Assembly: GCA_963664815.2 (NCBI GenBank)
Contig: CAXXHB010000002.1
Location: 256,001-320,000, forward strand
Length of the DNA stretch: 64,000 nucleotides
Origin: Spirochaetota bacterium
GTDB taxonomy: Bacteria; Spirochaetota; UBA4802; UBA5550
Reading direction: 5' to 3'
Part shown: positions 1 through 11,366 of the stretch, piece by piece
How positions within the stretch are numbered: position 1 is the stretch's first letter
How the letters are laid out: each line of letters begins with the position of its first letter
The notes under the pieces: generated by a model
Database searches by the model: none
Told to the model about the DNA's origin: nothing
Seen by the model: only the letters and a program-made list of their open reading frames with translations
Made by a program: the position numbers and the translations under genes

Positions 1-901
1 CCATGTAAAACAGGCAGGTTCAGTAGTTGATCCGGAAAAACTCCGCTTTGATTTTTCACATTTTAATTCATTGACTGAAAATGAACTCAGCCAGATCGAA
101 AATCAGGTTAATGAAGTTATCTGGAAAAACATAGATGTAACAACCGAGATAATGAATATAAACGATGCTGTAAAAAAAGGAGCTATGGCTGTTTTTGATG
201 AGAAATACGAGGAGACTGTCCGTGTACTTGAAGTAGCTGGTTTCAGCATGGAACTCTGCGGAGGAACACATGTTTCAAACACAGGAAAAATCGGGTTGTT
301 TAAAATTCTGAAGGAAAGCTCTCCTGGTGCCGGAATCAGGAGAATTGAAGCAGTGACGCTTAAGGGACTTCTCGACAGATTCAACGAACAAAACCGTATA
401 GTTTCAGAACTTACAGGAACTATCAATATTTCCGAATCCGGTCTTACTAAAAAGATTGATGAGATAGTCAGCAGGAACAAAGCCCTCGAAAAAGAAATAG
501 ATAAAATGAAAAAAACATCTCTTTCTTCCAATCTTGAAGAAATCATTTCGTCCGGTAAAGATATTAACGGTTTAAAAATTATATCAAAAGTTTTCAAGGA
601 AATGGATGTTGATACACTCCGCAGCCTTTCAGATTCAATCAGAGAAAGAGTACAGAATTCTGTAGTATGTTTCGGTTCAGATATCAGCGGGAAAGCAATG
701 CTGTTATATGCAGCAACAAATAAAGCCGTGGAGAAAGGTATTGACTGCGGAAAGCTTGTTAAGGAAACAGCTGGAATTGTCGGTGGAGGTGGTGGGGGCA
801 GAAAAGATATGGCCCAGGCTGGTGGAAAAGACACGTCAAATCTTCAGGAAGCAGTTGATGAAGCGGTAAAACTTGCGGAGAAGATGGCAGGTATTAAATA
901 A
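1..901 (+). CDS. alaS: Alanyl-tRNA synthetase, C-terminal part (5' end outside window)
   Basis: ELCGGTHV editing motif, GIRRIEAVT, C-Ala domain GGGGGRKDMAQAGG; frame open from window start. Confidence 0.96.
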   Translation, partial: HVKQAGSVVDPEKLRFDFSHFNSLTENELSQIENQVNEVIWKNIDVTTEIMNINDAVKKGAMAVFDEKYEETVRVLEVAGFSMELCGGTHVSNTGKIGLFKILKESSPGAGIRRIEAVTLKGLLDRFNEQNRIVSELTGTINISESGLTKKIDEIVSRNKALEKEIDKMKKTSLSSNLEEIISSGKDINGLKIISKVFKEMDVDTLRSLSDSIRERVQNSVVCFGSDISGKAMLLYAATNKAVEKGIDCGKLVKETAGIVGGGGGGRKDMAQAGGKDTSNLQEAVDEAVKLAEKMAGIK

Positions 902-914
902 AAAATATTTGATA

Positions 915-958
915 ATTAAAGTTCTGCCAACCCCGCGGGGGGTTGGCAGAACTTTAAT
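915..958. terminator. Long hairpin between convergent alaS and guaA
   Basis: attaaagttctgccaacccc-gcgg-ggggttggcagaactttaat, 20-bp stem. Confidence 0.75.
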
Positions 959-973
959 AAATAAATGCAGTAT

Positions 974-2539
974 TCACTCCCACTCAATAGTGGAAGGAGG
1001 TTTGGAAGAAATATCATAAACCACCCTGTTTATTCCTTTGACTTCATTAATAATTCTGTTTGATATTTTTCTTAGTAAAGCTTCAGGCAGGTACGCCCAG
1101 TCAGCAGTCATTGCGTCAACCGAAGTAACTCCCCGAATCGCAATTACATTTTCGTATGTTCTCTTGTCGCCCATGACTCCAACCGATTTTACCGGTAGAA
1201 AAACCGCAAATATCTGCCAGAGAGAATTATATAACCCGGCATCACGAATTTCCTGTATAAGTATATCATCAGCATGTTGTAAGGTTTTAATTCTCTCCGT
1301 TGTAACATCTCCTACAATCCGTATTGCAAGCCCCGGACCTGGAAACGGATGCCTGTTAATAAGCTCTTCAGCCATACCAAGCTTAACTCCAAGCTCCCTC
1401 ACCTCATCTTTAAACAACTCCTTCAAAGGTTCAATCACCTTTCCAGATTTTATAAGTTTCAGTATTTCCGGAACTCTGTTATGATGACTTTTTATAGTAT
1501 CGGAGGGGCCCTTAGTAGAAACAGATTCAATCACATCGGGATATAATGTTCCCTGTGCAAGAAAATCAAACCGCCCTATCTTTTTCGCCTCATCCATAAA
1601 TACCGCTAAAAACTCTTTTCCAATAATCCTTCTCTTTTTCTCCGGATCCTCAACTCCTTTTAACAGATCAAGAAACCTCTTTGAAGCATCAACATGCACA
1701 AGATTGAGTTTCATATTCTTTTTGTATCTTTCAACAACACCATCAGCTTCATCTTTACGCATTACACCATTATCAACAAACACGCAGGTGAGTCTGTCCC
1801 CTATAGCTTTATGAATCAGCTCCGCTGTTACAGAGGAGTCAACCCCACCCGAAAGCCCCAGAAGAACCGTTCCTTCACCAACATCCTTTCTTATAGCTTC
1901 TACCGATGTTTCGATAAATGATTCCATTGTCCATGTCGGTTTGAGTTTACATATTCCAAAAACAAAATTGCCTAAAAATTTAGCACCGTTAGTGGTGTGA
2001 AAAACCTCCGGATGGAACTGAACACCATATACCTTTTTCGCCTTATTCTCTATAGCAGCAATCTCCGCATTTTCAGATGAAGCTGTTACTTTAAAACCTT
2101 CCGGCATTATGGTAACTTTATCTCCATGGCTCATCCAGACCTGTTCTTTCTTTTTAAGACCTTTGAAAAGATTCGATTTTTCCTTAATAGTAATAAATGC
2201 ACGGCCATACTCCCGGGATTTTGCCCCTGCGCTCTTCCCGTTAAACGCATGAACCACAACATAAAGCCCATAGCAAATTCCAAGTACAGGAACTCCGAGA
2301 TTGAATATATCATTTGACACCTGAGGAGCACTCTCCTCATCAATTGATGAAGGTCCGCCTGACAGAATAATCGCTGATGGTTTTTCCTTTCTTATATCTT
2401 CAACCGGTGTATGAAAAGGAATAATTTCCGCGTAAACCTTCAGTTCCCTTATCTTTCTCGCAATAAGCTGCGTGTATTGTGACCCGAAATCAAGAATAAG
2501 AACTCTCTCTTGCGGAATACCTGAACCGTGTTCAATCAT
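974..2539 (-). CDS. guaA: GMP synthase (glutamine-hydrolysing)
   Basis: ILDFGSQY, GICYG, QFHPEV, SGGVDSS, HPFPGPGLAIR, KPPSTIEWE. Confidence 0.98.
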   Translation of the reverse strand: MIEHGSGIPQERVLILDFGSQYTQLIARKIRELKVYAEIIPFHTPVEDIRKEKPSAIILSGGPSSIDEESAPQVSNDIFNLGVPVLGICYGLYVVVHAFNGKSAGAKSREYGRAFITIKEKSNLFKGLKKKEQVWMSHGDKVTIMPEGFKVTASSENAEIAAIENKAKKVYGVQFHPEVFHTTNGAKFLGNFVFGICKLKPTWTMESFIETSVEAIRKDVGEGTVLLGLSGGVDSSVTAELIHKAIGDRLTCVFVDNGVMRKDEADGVVERYKKNMKLNLVHVDASKRFLDLLKGVEDPEKKRRIIGKEFLAVFMDEAKKIGRFDFLAQGTLYPDVIESVSTKGPSDTIKSHHNRVPEILKLIKSGKVIEPLKELFKDEVRELGVKLGMAEELINRHPFPGPGLAIRIVGDVTTERIKTLQHADDILIQEIRDAGLYNSLWQIFAVFLPVKSVGVMGDKRTYENVIAIRGVTSVDAMTADWAYLPEALLRKISNRIINEVKGINRVVYDISSKPPSTIEWE

Positions 2540-3066
2540 TTTTTACCCTCTAATTTATCAATATAATTCATCAGACCAGTCTCTTTAATGCTTCTGTTTT
2601 TATCAATTATTTTCGCTTCCATTTTTTTTCTGTAGTCGACAAGCTTTTCAGTTATAATTTTATCACTGGTAGCTAGAATACTTAAAGCGAAAAGTGCCGC
2701 GTTAGTGCCACCCGATTTTCCTGCCGGCATTGTTCCAACCGGTATCCCGGCCGGCATCTGAAGAATGGAGAGAACTGAATCAAGTCCACCTGCAATACCG
2801 GTTTCAATTGGAATTCCTATGACCGGCAAAACCGTATGAGCTGCAACAACTCCGGGAAGATGTGCAGCGCCACCTGCAACAGCAATTATAACCTTCATCC
2901 CTTTTTCAGGGGCATTCCTGACCCAATCAACAGTCTGCCCGGGTGATCTGTGCGCTGATGAAACAATTAATTCATATTCAACTGAAAACTGCTCAAAAAC
3001 TTCAAAACATTCCCTTACCTTTGGAAGATCAGAATCGCTTCCCAGAATAACACCCACTAAAGCCAT
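2536..3066 (-). CDS. purE: N5-carboxyaminoimidazole ribonucleotide mutase
   Basis: GSDSD, SAHRSP, AGGAAHLPGVVAA, QMPAGIPV; 4-bp overlap with guaA. Confidence 0.96.
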   Translation of the reverse strand: MALVGVILGSDSDLPKVRECFEVFEQFSVEYELIVSSAHRSPGQTVDWVRNAPEKGMKVIIAVAGGAAHLPGVVAAHTVLPVIGIPIETGIAGGLDSVLSILQMPAGIPVGTMPAGKSGGTNAALFALSILATSDKIITEKLVDYRKKMEAKIIDKNRSIKETGLMNYIDKLEGKK

Positions 3067-3440
3067 CTTGCACCTCTGCTTTTTAATACAGTTTATTATA
3101 AATTAACCTTTCATCTTCAGTATAACCTTTTGTCAACATTAATCATTTTTCAGTATTATTTCATCAACCATACTGAAGTAAATAAATGAGTCAATCAGCA
3201 TATTCGTTCAATATGGTAATATTAAAATTTCTTCCTGATCACTGTGCAGATGTTAAATATTCAATAAACATTTTCTGAAAAAGTTATCATAAATATAAAA
3301 GTCAGATATTCTCTTATTGAAATATCGAAACATAACAGTTACTTAACTTTTTCTATGATTTTAATAATGTTTTGAATATACTTGACTTTTAAAAAGTGTT
3401 TTTATAGCTTTATTAAAGAATAAATACAAGGAGTTTTAAG

Positions 3441-4037
3441 ATGAAAAGAATAATATTGGCTGCTTTTTTTATGCTTACTTTCTCAGTTTCAGTTTTTGCA
3501 ATAAACTCAAACATCAATATCAAAGGTGGTATTCAGCATCCAGATGCCCCCGGTAAAACAGGACTGGATTCAGCTCTTACTCTGAATATCGGTGTTGACA
3601 AGTATCTTACAATAGGTGCTGAATCCGGATTTGGATGGGTAAGATGGAAAGATGAAACTTCAAAAGTTGCAGTAGCAAAGGTAGCTGGAGCTACAATTGA
3701 TGAAACAAATTTATACACCCTCCCTGTTCTTGGTGTAATGACTATCAGACTTGCAGACATGATGGAGCAGTATGGTTTTATGCCCTATATCACAGGTGGA
3801 GCTGGCTATTCATGGACATGGTACCGTAATCCTGCATTCAAAGACAGGTTTGAGGGCTTTACATGGCAGGCACTGGGTGGAGTTCAGTTTAAACTGGGAG
3901 AAGATTCCGGTCTTTCAATGCTGGTTGAAGCAGGATACAGAGGAGCGCCTGTTCAGAACTCTGACAATGTTGAAGTAGATATGTCAGGATTCATAGGCAG
4001 GATTGGACTGAGCTTTCCTATTGAATCTGCTGAGTAA
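3441..4037 (+). CDS. Outer-membrane beta-barrel protein (OmpA-like 8-strand type)
   Basis: Signal peptide, PYITGGAGY strand motif, alternating hydrophobic C-terminal strand; AGGAG RBS and TTGACT..TATAGC upstream. Confidence 0.7.
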   Translation: MKRIILAAFFMLTFSVSVFAINSNINIKGGIQHPDAPGKTGLDSALTLNIGVDKYLTIGAESGFGWVRWKDETSKVAVAKVAGATIDETNLYTLPVLGVMTIRLADMMEQYGFMPYITGGAGYSWTWYRNPAFKDRFEGFTWQALGGVQFKLGEDSGLSMLVEAGYRGAPVQNSDNVEVDMSGFIGRIGLSFPIESAE

Positions 4038-4052
4038 TTATTACAGTTACAT

Positions 4053-4089
4053 ACAAAAAAACCCCGCTTTTCAGGCGGGGTTTTTTTGT
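4053..4089. terminator. Bidirectional intrinsic terminator
   Basis: A-run ccccgc-ttttcag-gcgggg T-run between convergent genes. Confidence 0.85.
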
Positions 4090-4122
4090 ATTCCCTATTT
4101 GAAAATAATCGTCTGTTTTAAA

Positions 4123-4977
4123 TCAACCGCCGCCAAGAAGCTGAAGCATGGATCTTGTTTTCATGTTCGCCTGAGCTAACATCGCAGTACCACTCTGAAT
4201 AAGAACCTGATCTTTTGTTAAATCCACCATTGTTTCAGCCATATCAGCGTCTCTGATCCGACTTTCGGATGCTTGTATATTTTCATAGGCAGTCATGAGA
4301 CCTCTTGTAGCATAATCGAGCCTGTTATAATATGCACCAAGGTCCGCTCTCTGCTTTGAAATTTTGTGAAGAGCATCATCGATCACACCAATTGTTCTGT
4401 TTGCGCTGCCAGCAGAAGCCAGATCAGCGATAAAGGCGCCGCTTTTTTCTTTAAGACCAAGACCATTAGCAGTCATTGTCCCAATATAAACCCTCTCCCT
4501 CTGATTCATATTTGAACCCATATGAAACCACATACTTGATTTTGGAGCAGTTTTGGAGAAATCACCAAGAAGCAGTTTAAACTTGTTAAACTCCGCCTGC
4601 GATGCAATCCTGTCAACTTCATCGACAAGAGCTGAAACTTCAACCTGAATAAGAATTCTGTCCTGATCAGAGTAGATACCATTTGAAGATTGTACTGCAA
4701 GAACCCTGATCCTTTGAAGTATTTCAGTTGTCTGGTTCAGATACCCTTCAGTGGTCTGAACAAAAGACATCCCATCTTCAGTATTTCTCTCAGCCTGTCT
4801 TAAACCATTAATCTGTGTTCTCATTTTTTCTGATACTGCAAGTCCTGAAGCATCATCTCCGGCTCTATTAATTCTGAGACCAGAGGATAAACTCTCCATC
4901 GACTTGTTTGTATCCCACTGCTTGAATTTCAACGCTTTATTCGCGTTTATTGCACTCATGTTATGATTGATAATCAT
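4123..4977 (-). CDS. flaB: Periplasmic flagellar core protein FlaB (copy 2)
   Basis: [12 protein letters not shown] start, [29 protein letters not shown]; ~284 aa without variable domain. Confidence 0.95.
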   Translation of the reverse strand: MIINHNMSAINANKALKFKQWDTNKSMESLSSGLRINRAGDDASGLAVSEKMRTQINGLRQAERNTEDGMSFVQTTEGYLNQTTEILQRIRVLAVQSSNGIYSDQDRILIQVEVSALVDEVDRIASQAEFNKFKLLLGDFSKTAPKSSMWFHMGSNMNQRERVYIGTMTANGLGLKEKSGAFIADLASAGSANRTIGVIDDALHKISKQRADLGAYYNRLDYATRGLMTAYENIQASESRIRDADMAETMVDLTKDQVLIQSGTAMLAQANMKTRSMLQLLGGG

Positions 4978-5142
4978 ATTAAACACTCCTTTGTTTAATT
5001 AGATGCTCACTCCCTCCTACAGAAGTGAACTGCCTGACATCCTTATCAGGCATTTGATACCAGGTTTGTACTCGTACATAGGGAATACAGACGCCTTTAT
5101 TACAGCGACCATACATTATTAAATATATAAGACAGCTTTATA

Positions 5143-5292
5143 AAGCCCCCGCACCCGGATAGGGCTTTGCCCTTTCCGGGTGCGGGGGCGACCACATTTA
5201 ACACTGTATGCTCGCCATAATTTTTTCGTTTTCAAAGAGCACCCTTTTTAAGGAAAAGGGAAACCCGGCGGTCTCTCCCAAGGCCGCCGGGG
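5143..5292 (-). terminator. Two GC-rich hairpins between the flaB genes
   Basis: 5144-5189 gcccccgcacccgga..tccgggtgcgggggc and 5264-5292 cccggcgg..ccgccggg with pyrimidine tail on the minus strand. Confidence 0.65.
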
Positions 5293-5319
5293 CAAGAATG
5301 AATGATAAATAAAACCTAA

Positions 5320-6165
5320 TTATCTGAGTAACTGCAATATACCCTGAGACTTCGCATTTGCCTGAGCAAGCATCGCCGTACCACTCTGTACAAGTATCTG
5401 GTTTTTTGTAAAATCAACCATTGTTTCTGCCATATCAGCATCTCTGATACGACTTTCAGAAGACTGGATGTTTTCATATGCTACCATTAAACCCTTGGCT
5501 GCATGTTCCATCCTATTGTAATAAGCACCGAGATCCGCTCTCTGCTTTGAAAGAACGTGAAGAGCATTGTCCATAACCCCGATGTTTCTGTTTGCTTCTC
5601 CGGCCGTAGAAAGAGTAATGGGATTCCCTGTCATGTTTTTTAGCCCGAGAGCTTTTGCTGTCATGGTCTGAATAAAAATTCTTTCCCTCTGATGCATATT
5701 TGCTCCCATGTGTATCCACATAGACGCTGTTACACTTACTCTCGCAAAATCACCCTGAAGCAGATGCATTTTGTTGAACTCCGCCTGAGAAGCAATTCTA
5801 TCTACTTCACTTACAAGCTGAGAAACTTCAACCTGAATCATCTGGCGGTCTTCTGCTGAGTAAATACCATTTGAAGACTGAACTGCAAGAACCCTGATTC
5901 TCTGAATGATGTTTGATACTTCATCAAGGTAACCTTCAGTTGTCTGAACAAGAGACATACCATCTTCAGTATTTCTTTCAGCCTGTCTTAAACCGTTAAC
6001 CTGAGTTCTCATCTTTTCAGAAACTGCAAGTCCTGAAGCATCATCTCCCGCCTTGTTGATTCTTAAGCCGGAAGAAAGTGATTCCATGTTTTTTGAAACA
6101 TTCCAGTTTTGAAATTTTAAAGCCCTGTTAGTATTAATAGCGGACATATTGTGGTTAATAATCAT
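5320..6165 (-). CDS. flaB: Periplasmic flagellar core protein FlaB (copy 1)
   Basis: [41 protein letters not shown]. Confidence 0.95.
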   Translation of the reverse strand: MIINHNMSAINTNRALKFQNWNVSKNMESLSSGLRINKAGDDASGLAVSEKMRTQVNGLRQAERNTEDGMSLVQTTEGYLDEVSNIIQRIRVLAVQSSNGIYSAEDRQMIQVEVSQLVSEVDRIASQAEFNKMHLLQGDFARVSVTASMWIHMGANMHQRERIFIQTMTAKALGLKNMTGNPITLSTAGEANRNIGVMDNALHVLSKQRADLGAYYNRMEHAAKGLMVAYENIQSSESRIRDADMAETMVDFTKNQILVQSGTAMLAQANAKSQGILQLLR

Positions 6166-6168
6166 TTT

Positions 6169-6216
6169 GATTCCTCCATGAATCTTTGTTGTAAACCCGG
6201 CATCCTTGCCATGGGT
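6169..6216 (-). promoter_or_regulatory. Two CsrA-type GGA-loop hairpins in flaB leader (equivalents at 4978-4999 and 5031-5052)
   Basis: mRNA ggcAAGGAUgcc and gauucAUGGAGgaauc, the second overlapping the SD. Confidence 0.65.
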
Positions 6217-6569
6217 ATCAGAAATAGACTTCCTGACATTTATAGATTCGGGAGCATATCCCTTTTTATTAAGTCCGATTATAACCAGTTATTAGCATTT
6301 ATAAACGATTATAATCATTTATAATAATATATAACACTTATTTAACTTCATTAACATTTTTTTTGCATATTTTGCCTTATTCTTATATTCGGGCTTTTCA
6401 CCTTTTCCTTTGACAAAAAAATTTTTTAATCTAACATAAATATTCATCTGATAAATTTTTCTTGATTTTTTAGTAATTGAAATGATCTTATAAGATAAGA
6501 TCTCTGCTCCAATCATACCCTCACAAAGAATTTCAGCGGATATCTGTAAATTAAATACAGGAGATTAAA

Positions 6570-7328
6570 ATGATCAGAAAAGGTTTTCTTTTATCGATGG
6601 TTTTAGCGCTATCAGTGTGCTGTGCAGTTTCCGGATGCAGTAAAGAAAGTGCAAAGACTAAAAAATTAGTTATTGCAACTGACGCAACATGGCCTCCGAT
6701 GGAAAGTGTTGATGCTAATAAAAATATTGTTGGTTTCGATATTGATATGCTTAATGCTGCAGCAAAAGAGGGCGGTTTCCAGATTGAATTCATCAATCAG
6801 GCCTGGGATGGGATTTTCGCAGGACTGGCTGCTGCAAAATATGACGCTGTTGTCTCTTCTGTTACCATAACTGCAGAAAGGCAGAAAACCATGGATTTCT
6901 CAGTACCATATGTAAACTGCGGACAGATAATTGTTGTTAAAAAAGAACTTAATGGAATGGATAAGCTCTCTCAATTTGAAGGAAAAAAAGTCGGTGCCCA
7001 GATTGGAACAACAGGTGCCATCGAAATTGCAAAAATCAGCAAAATAACTCTTAAAAACTATGACGAAATAGGTCTTGCCATTGAAGACCTTGCCAAAGGA
7101 AGAATTGATGCTGTAGTATGTGATTCTCCTATCGCGGCAAATTATGCCCTCCAGAATCCCAAATATAAACCAATTCTTAAAATCGTCGGTCACCCTTTTA
7201 CAACTGAAGAATATGGTGTTGCAGTAACAAAAGGAAATAAAGAAGTCCTTGACTTAATCAACTCCGGTCTTAAAAAAGTTAAAGAAAAAGGGATAGACAA
7301 AGAGTTAGAGAAAAAGTGGCTAAGATAA
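6570..7328 (+). CDS. Polar/basic amino-acid ABC transporter substrate-binding lipoprotein
   Basis: Lipobox VSGC, DATWPPME, GFDID, GAQIGTTG. Confidence 0.92.
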   Translation: MIRKGFLLSMVLALSVCCAVSGCSKESAKTKKLVIATDATWPPMESVDANKNIVGFDIDMLNAAAKEGGFQIEFINQAWDGIFAGLAAAKYDAVVSSVTITAERQKTMDFSVPYVNCGQIIVVKKELNGMDKLSQFEGKKVGAQIGTTGAIEIAKISKITLKNYDEIGLAIEDLAKGRIDAVVCDSPIAANYALQNPKYKPILKIVGHPFTTEEYGVAVTKGNKEVLDLINSGLKKVKEKGIDKELEKKWLR

Positions 7329-8140
7329 ATAACAAAACAAAAATCGAAATAACAGATGGAGTACTCATCCCTGCAAGGGATGATTCCTCCATATTCTCAG
7401 CATGGAGAATCGCATTTTATGGGGCAATATCAACACTGATATTGCTCCCTGTAATTACACCTGATCCATATCGTAAATTATTTAAGTTTGTCATAGGTTT
7501 TGATGACAACTGGAATTTTGACTTCGGGAACAGCGGTTTAATTAAGACATTTGAAGTAACAGTACTTTCCATAATTTTTGCACTACTTATCGGATTGATT
7601 GTAGGTCTTGGCAGGATTTCAAGATATCCTGTAATCAATTTAATATGCACTGTCTATGTTGAAGTAATAAGAGGGATCCCTCTCCTCGTTCAACTCTTTT
7701 ATATCTATTTTGCTCTCGCTAAATTTGTGAAAATAATGGATATCAGTGCCGCTGTAATTGCAATGGCCATCTGCTATGGAGCATATATCAGTGAAATATT
7801 CCGAGCAGGTATACAATCAATACCGAAAGGGCAAATGGAAGCTGCTCTCGCTCTTGGAATGTCGAGATCGCAGGCAATTTTCAGAATTATACTACCTCAG
7901 ACAATAAAAGTTGTTCTGCCGCCAATCGGAAACGAATTTATAGCGCTTCTGAAGGATTCCTCACTTGTATCAATTCTCGCCGTATCAGATCTTTTAAGAA
8001 GAGGAAGAGAATTTGCTTCAACAACTTTTTACTATTTTGAAACATTCACTATGGTTGCAATAATTTATCTGATCTTAACCCTTTTCTTTTCTAGACTCGT
8101 TGCAATTATGGAAGAGAGGATGAAAACAGATGCAAAATAG
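7316..8140 (+). CDS. Polar amino-acid ABC transporter permease
   Basis: [33 protein letters not shown]. Confidence 0.93.
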   Translation: MAKINNKTKIEITDGVLIPARDDSSIFSAWRIAFYGAISTLILLPVITPDPYRKLFKFVIGFDDNWNFDFGNSGLIKTFEVTVLSIIFALLIGLIVGLGRISRYPVINLICTVYVEVIRGIPLLVQLFYIYFALAKFVKIMDISAAVIAMAICYGAYISEIFRAGIQSIPKGQMEAALALGMSRSQAIFRIILPQTIKVVLPPIGNEFIALLKDSSLVSILAVSDLLRRGREFASTTFYYFETFTMVAIIYLILTLFFSRLVAIMEERMKTDAK

Positions 8141-8867
8141 AGTTAAAGTAATCAATGTTTCAAAGAATTTCGGTCACGTTACAGCCCTTAAAAATGTCAG
8201 TCTTGAAGTTAAAAATGGTGATGTTTTTTTTATAATCGGTTCATCCGGAAGCGGAAAAAGTACTCTTCTGCGATGTATAAACAGACTTGAAAATGTCACA
8301 AGCGGTGATATCTGGATTGAAGAAGATCTTGTTACAGGACCAACAGCTAATATCAGGCTGATAAGAGAGGAGACGGGCATGGTATTCCAGTCTTTCAATC
8401 TATTCCCTCATCTAACAGTACTTGATAACATTACTCTTGCACCGAGAATTGTAAGAAAAATTGATCCGAAAGAAGCTGAAGAAAAGGGACGTGCCCTCCT
8501 GAAAAGAGTGGGTCTCTCTGATAAAGAAAAAGCATATCCCGAACAGCTGTCCGGGGGTCAGCAACAACGTGTTGCTATAGCCAGGGCTCTTGCTATGAAT
8601 CCCAAGGTAATACTTTTTGACGAACCGACATCGGCACTGGATCCTGAGATGACAAAAGAGGTTCTTGATGTAATGCTCGATCTTGCCAGGGAGGGAATGA
8701 CGATGATAGTTGTTTCCCATGAAATGGGTTTTGCCAAAGCTGCTGCAACTAAAGTAATATATATGGATGAAGCAGAAGTGATAGAAGTGGGAACTCCTGA
8801 TGAGATTTTTAATCATCCCCAAAAAGAGAGAACTCAGCGTTTTTTGAAAAATGTTCTGCATGCTTAA
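8130..8867 (+). CDS. Polar amino-acid ABC transporter ATPase (GlnQ family)
   Basis: [34 protein letters not shown]. Confidence 0.95.
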   Translation: MQNRVKVINVSKNFGHVTALKNVSLEVKNGDVFFIIGSSGSGKSTLLRCINRLENVTSGDIWIEEDLVTGPTANIRLIREETGMVFQSFNLFPHLTVLDNITLAPRIVRKIDPKEAEEKGRALLKRVGLSDKEKAYPEQLSGGQQQRVAIARALAMNPKVILFDEPTSALDPEMTKEVLDVMLDLAREGMTMIVVSHEMGFAKAAATKVIYMDEAEVIEVGTPDEIFNHPQKERTQRFLKNVLHA

Positions 8868-8891
8868 TATATCTTTAACACGCACTTTTTA

Positions 8892-8916
8892 AACCGGTCA
8901 ATAAGACCGGTTTTTT
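8892..8916 (+). terminator. Intrinsic terminator after ABC operon
   Basis: aaccggtc-aataa-gaccggtt followed by T-run. Confidence 0.75.
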
Positions 8917-9022
8917 ATACTTCAATAATATTTTCAAATTTCTGTTTTTATATACGATTAGAATTCTATTTGATATTTCTGACCAGTATCTGATAATAGA
9001 CAAAAAAAATGAGGTATCTCGT

Positions 9023-10627
9023 ATGAAAATTGAGTTTGTCGGCGGAGCAAGAACAGTTACAGGTTCTTCCTATATCATTAAAGATGACGACTTCACAATA
9101 ATGATAGATTGCGGCATGTTTCAGGGCAAGCATGAACTTATAGAGAGAAATCAGCTGCACCTGATCTATGCTCCTCATAAAATTGACTGCATGCTTCTTA
9201 CACACGCTCATATAGACCACAGTGGATTGATCCCCAAACTTGTAAAAGAAGGATTTTTTGGAAATATATATGCTACAAAAGCAACCGTTGACTTATGTTC
9301 TGTAATGCTTCCTGATAGTGCCCACATACAGGAAATGGATACCAAATGGACAAATAAACGGAACAAAAAACTTGGAAGACCTGAAGTAGATCCTCTTTAC
9401 ACAGTGGAGGATGCTGATAAATCATTAAGCCACTTTGTTCCTGTTAATTACGGTGAAATGATTCAGATACATCCCAGAATACAGGTAAGATTTCGTGATG
9501 CCGGACATATTCTTGGTTCTTCCTTTATTGAAATGTGGATAGATGAAAAAGGTAAGAAAACAAAAGTCGTATTTTCAGGAGATATAGGAACCAGAGACCA
9601 GCATATAATAAGGGATCCTGAACCGCTTGACGATGCGGATATTATTCTTATTGAATCCACTTATGGTGACAGATTACATAAAAACAGGGACGATACATAT
9701 ACTGAATTTAAAACTATTCTTCTGAATTCTATAAACAAAAACGGAAATATAATAATCCCCGCTTTTGCTATTGAAAGAACTCAGGAAATCATTTATACAC
9801 TTAACAGATTATTTAAAAACGGAGAACTGCCCCGAATCCCTGTTTTTATAGATTCACCATTAGCAATTTCCGCAACGGAGATATTCCGGGAAAATAAACA
9901 ATGTTTCGATGAAGAAATGATTCAAATTCTTATGTCAGGGGATAATCCTCTCGATTTCCCTAATTTAAAATTTACAAAAACAACCGAAGAATCCAAACTT
10001 CTGCAGGAAGCTAAAGGTGCAATTATTATCTCTGCAAGCGGAATGTGTACTGCAGGAAGAATTCAATATCATCTTCAGAACAATTTATATAAGAGTGAAT
10101 CCAGTATAATTTTTGTCGGTTATCAGGCTGAAGGGACTCTGGGAAGAAGAATCATTGACGGAGCAAAACAGGTAAAAATCTATGGAGAAGATATAGCGGT
10201 GAAAGCCCAGATTCATACTCTCGGAGGTTTTTCAGCTCATGCCGATAAAGACGGTCTCCTTAAATGGCTCAGCACTAATAAAAATCCCAAATTAAAAGTC
10301 TTTATTGTTCATGGAGAGGAGGAATCTGCTGAATATTTTGGAAAACTTGTAAGCAGCGAATTCGGCCTTGCTGCTTATGTTCCCAGATGGGGAGAGATAG
10401 TCGATCTTGAAACAATGCAGTCTGAAGTAGCTTCATATGGAACATCTGCTGATGATAGATTCTCACCTGTAGACAGTCAGATTGAAGCTCTTACCAACAG
10501 TTTAAAAATATTAAAAGAAAAATATAACAAAGCAAAATCTGAAAACAGGCTTGAATCTCTTAAAAAGCTTCAGGAAGATATTAACGATGCTAAAGAAATG
10601 TTATCAATGATAATAGACCGGCTTTAA
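9023..10627 (+). CDS. Metallo-beta-lactamase / beta-CASP RNA-processing nuclease
   Basis: THAHIDHSG, AGHILGS, ESTYG, SASGM, FSAHAD, VHGE. Confidence 0.92.
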   Translation: MKIEFVGGARTVTGSSYIIKDDDFTIMIDCGMFQGKHELIERNQLHLIYAPHKIDCMLLTHAHIDHSGLIPKLVKEGFFGNIYATKATVDLCSVMLPDSAHIQEMDTKWTNKRNKKLGRPEVDPLYTVEDADKSLSHFVPVNYGEMIQIHPRIQVRFRDAGHILGSSFIEMWIDEKGKKTKVVFSGDIGTRDQHIIRDPEPLDDADIILIESTYGDRLHKNRDDTYTEFKTILLNSINKNGNIIIPAFAIERTQEIIYTLNRLFKNGELPRIPVFIDSPLAISATEIFRENKQCFDEEMIQILMSGDNPLDFPNLKFTKTTEESKLLQEAKGAIIISASGMCTAGRIQYHLQNNLYKSESSIIFVGYQAEGTLGRRIIDGAKQVKIYGEDIAVKAQIHTLGGFSAHADKDGLLKWLSTNKNPKLKVFIVHGEEESAEYFGKLVSSEFGLAAYVPRWGEIVDLETMQSEVASYGTSADDRFSPVDSQIEALTNSLKILKEKYNKAKSENRLESLKKLQEDINDAKEMLSMIIDRL

Positions 10628-10739
10628 ACACTTTTAAACCGGATCAGAAAACATCGCGGCGCAGATTTCTATCTTCTGCGCCACTTTTTTAAAAATTTCT
10701 CTATACTATAGCATTTCACAATTGAAATAGAACATAGTC

Positions 10740-10845
10740 TGTCATTTCGAAAAAGCGATAGCGACTGAGAAATCTGGTATTTGCAGTAACTTTAATATTT
10801 CTCACACTTGTACTGAGTCTGTCGAAGTATACGTTCGAAATGACA
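10740..10845. repeat. Palindromic MITE/REP-like element
   Basis: Terminal inverted repeat TGTCATTTCGAA...TTCGAAATGACA with inner gagaaat/atttctc arms, between convergent genes. Confidence 0.7.
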
Positions 10846-10888
10846 AGACCTAATTATTTCGTTAACTTCTATGATAAAATAATAATAT

Positions 10889-11365
10889 TTATTTTAAGAA
10901 CATACCTTTTCTGCTTAACTGATGACAGATGGCAATAGCAAGTGCATCTGCCGCATCATCCGGTCCTTCAATAATATCAAGTTTAAGCAGCTTTTTCATC
11001 ATAAAATAGATCTGCTCTTTTGTTGCTTTCCCGTATCCTGTAACAGAATGTTTTATTTCGGTAGGAGAATACTCCGTAAAGTTAATACCTTTCAGCTTTA
11101 GTGTCAGACTTATTACACCTGCCGCTTTGGCAACTGGTATCGCAGTTTTTACATTTTTCTGGAAAAAAATTTTTTCCACAGCAGCACAGTCAGGAGTAAA
11201 TTTTTCTATAATATTATTAAGGCTCCTGTGAATATTCAGGAGCCTTTCATCAAAATCATCATTAACAGATGTTTTTATTATGCCATAGTTTTCTACTTTA
11301 AAATTATCATCAAGGATGGACCACCCGACTATATCATATCCGGGATCAATTCCAATAATTCTCAA
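10889..11365 (-). CDS. ruvC: Holliday junction resolvase
   Basis: IIGIDPG, AVEKIFF, VTGYGKATKEQ, DDAADALAIAICH. Confidence 0.96.
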   Translation of the reverse strand: MRIIGIDPGYDIVGWSILDDNFKVENYGIIKTSVNDDFDERLLNIHRSLNNIIEKFTPDCAAVEKIFFQKNVKTAIPVAKAAGVISLTLKLKGINFTEYSPTEIKHSVTGYGKATKEQIYFMMKKLLKLDIIEGPDDAADALAIAICHQLSRKGMFLK

Positions 11366-11366
11366 A

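Noticed and set aside
103-834. Long antisense ORFs (also 19686-20183, 60640-61359 and others)
   Set aside because: Shadows of conserved genes on the opposite strand, with no RBS or recognisable motifs.
6240-6420. Sigma-28 promoter for flaB
   Set aside because: Only weak CCGAAT matches with poor -35 elements; not supportable.
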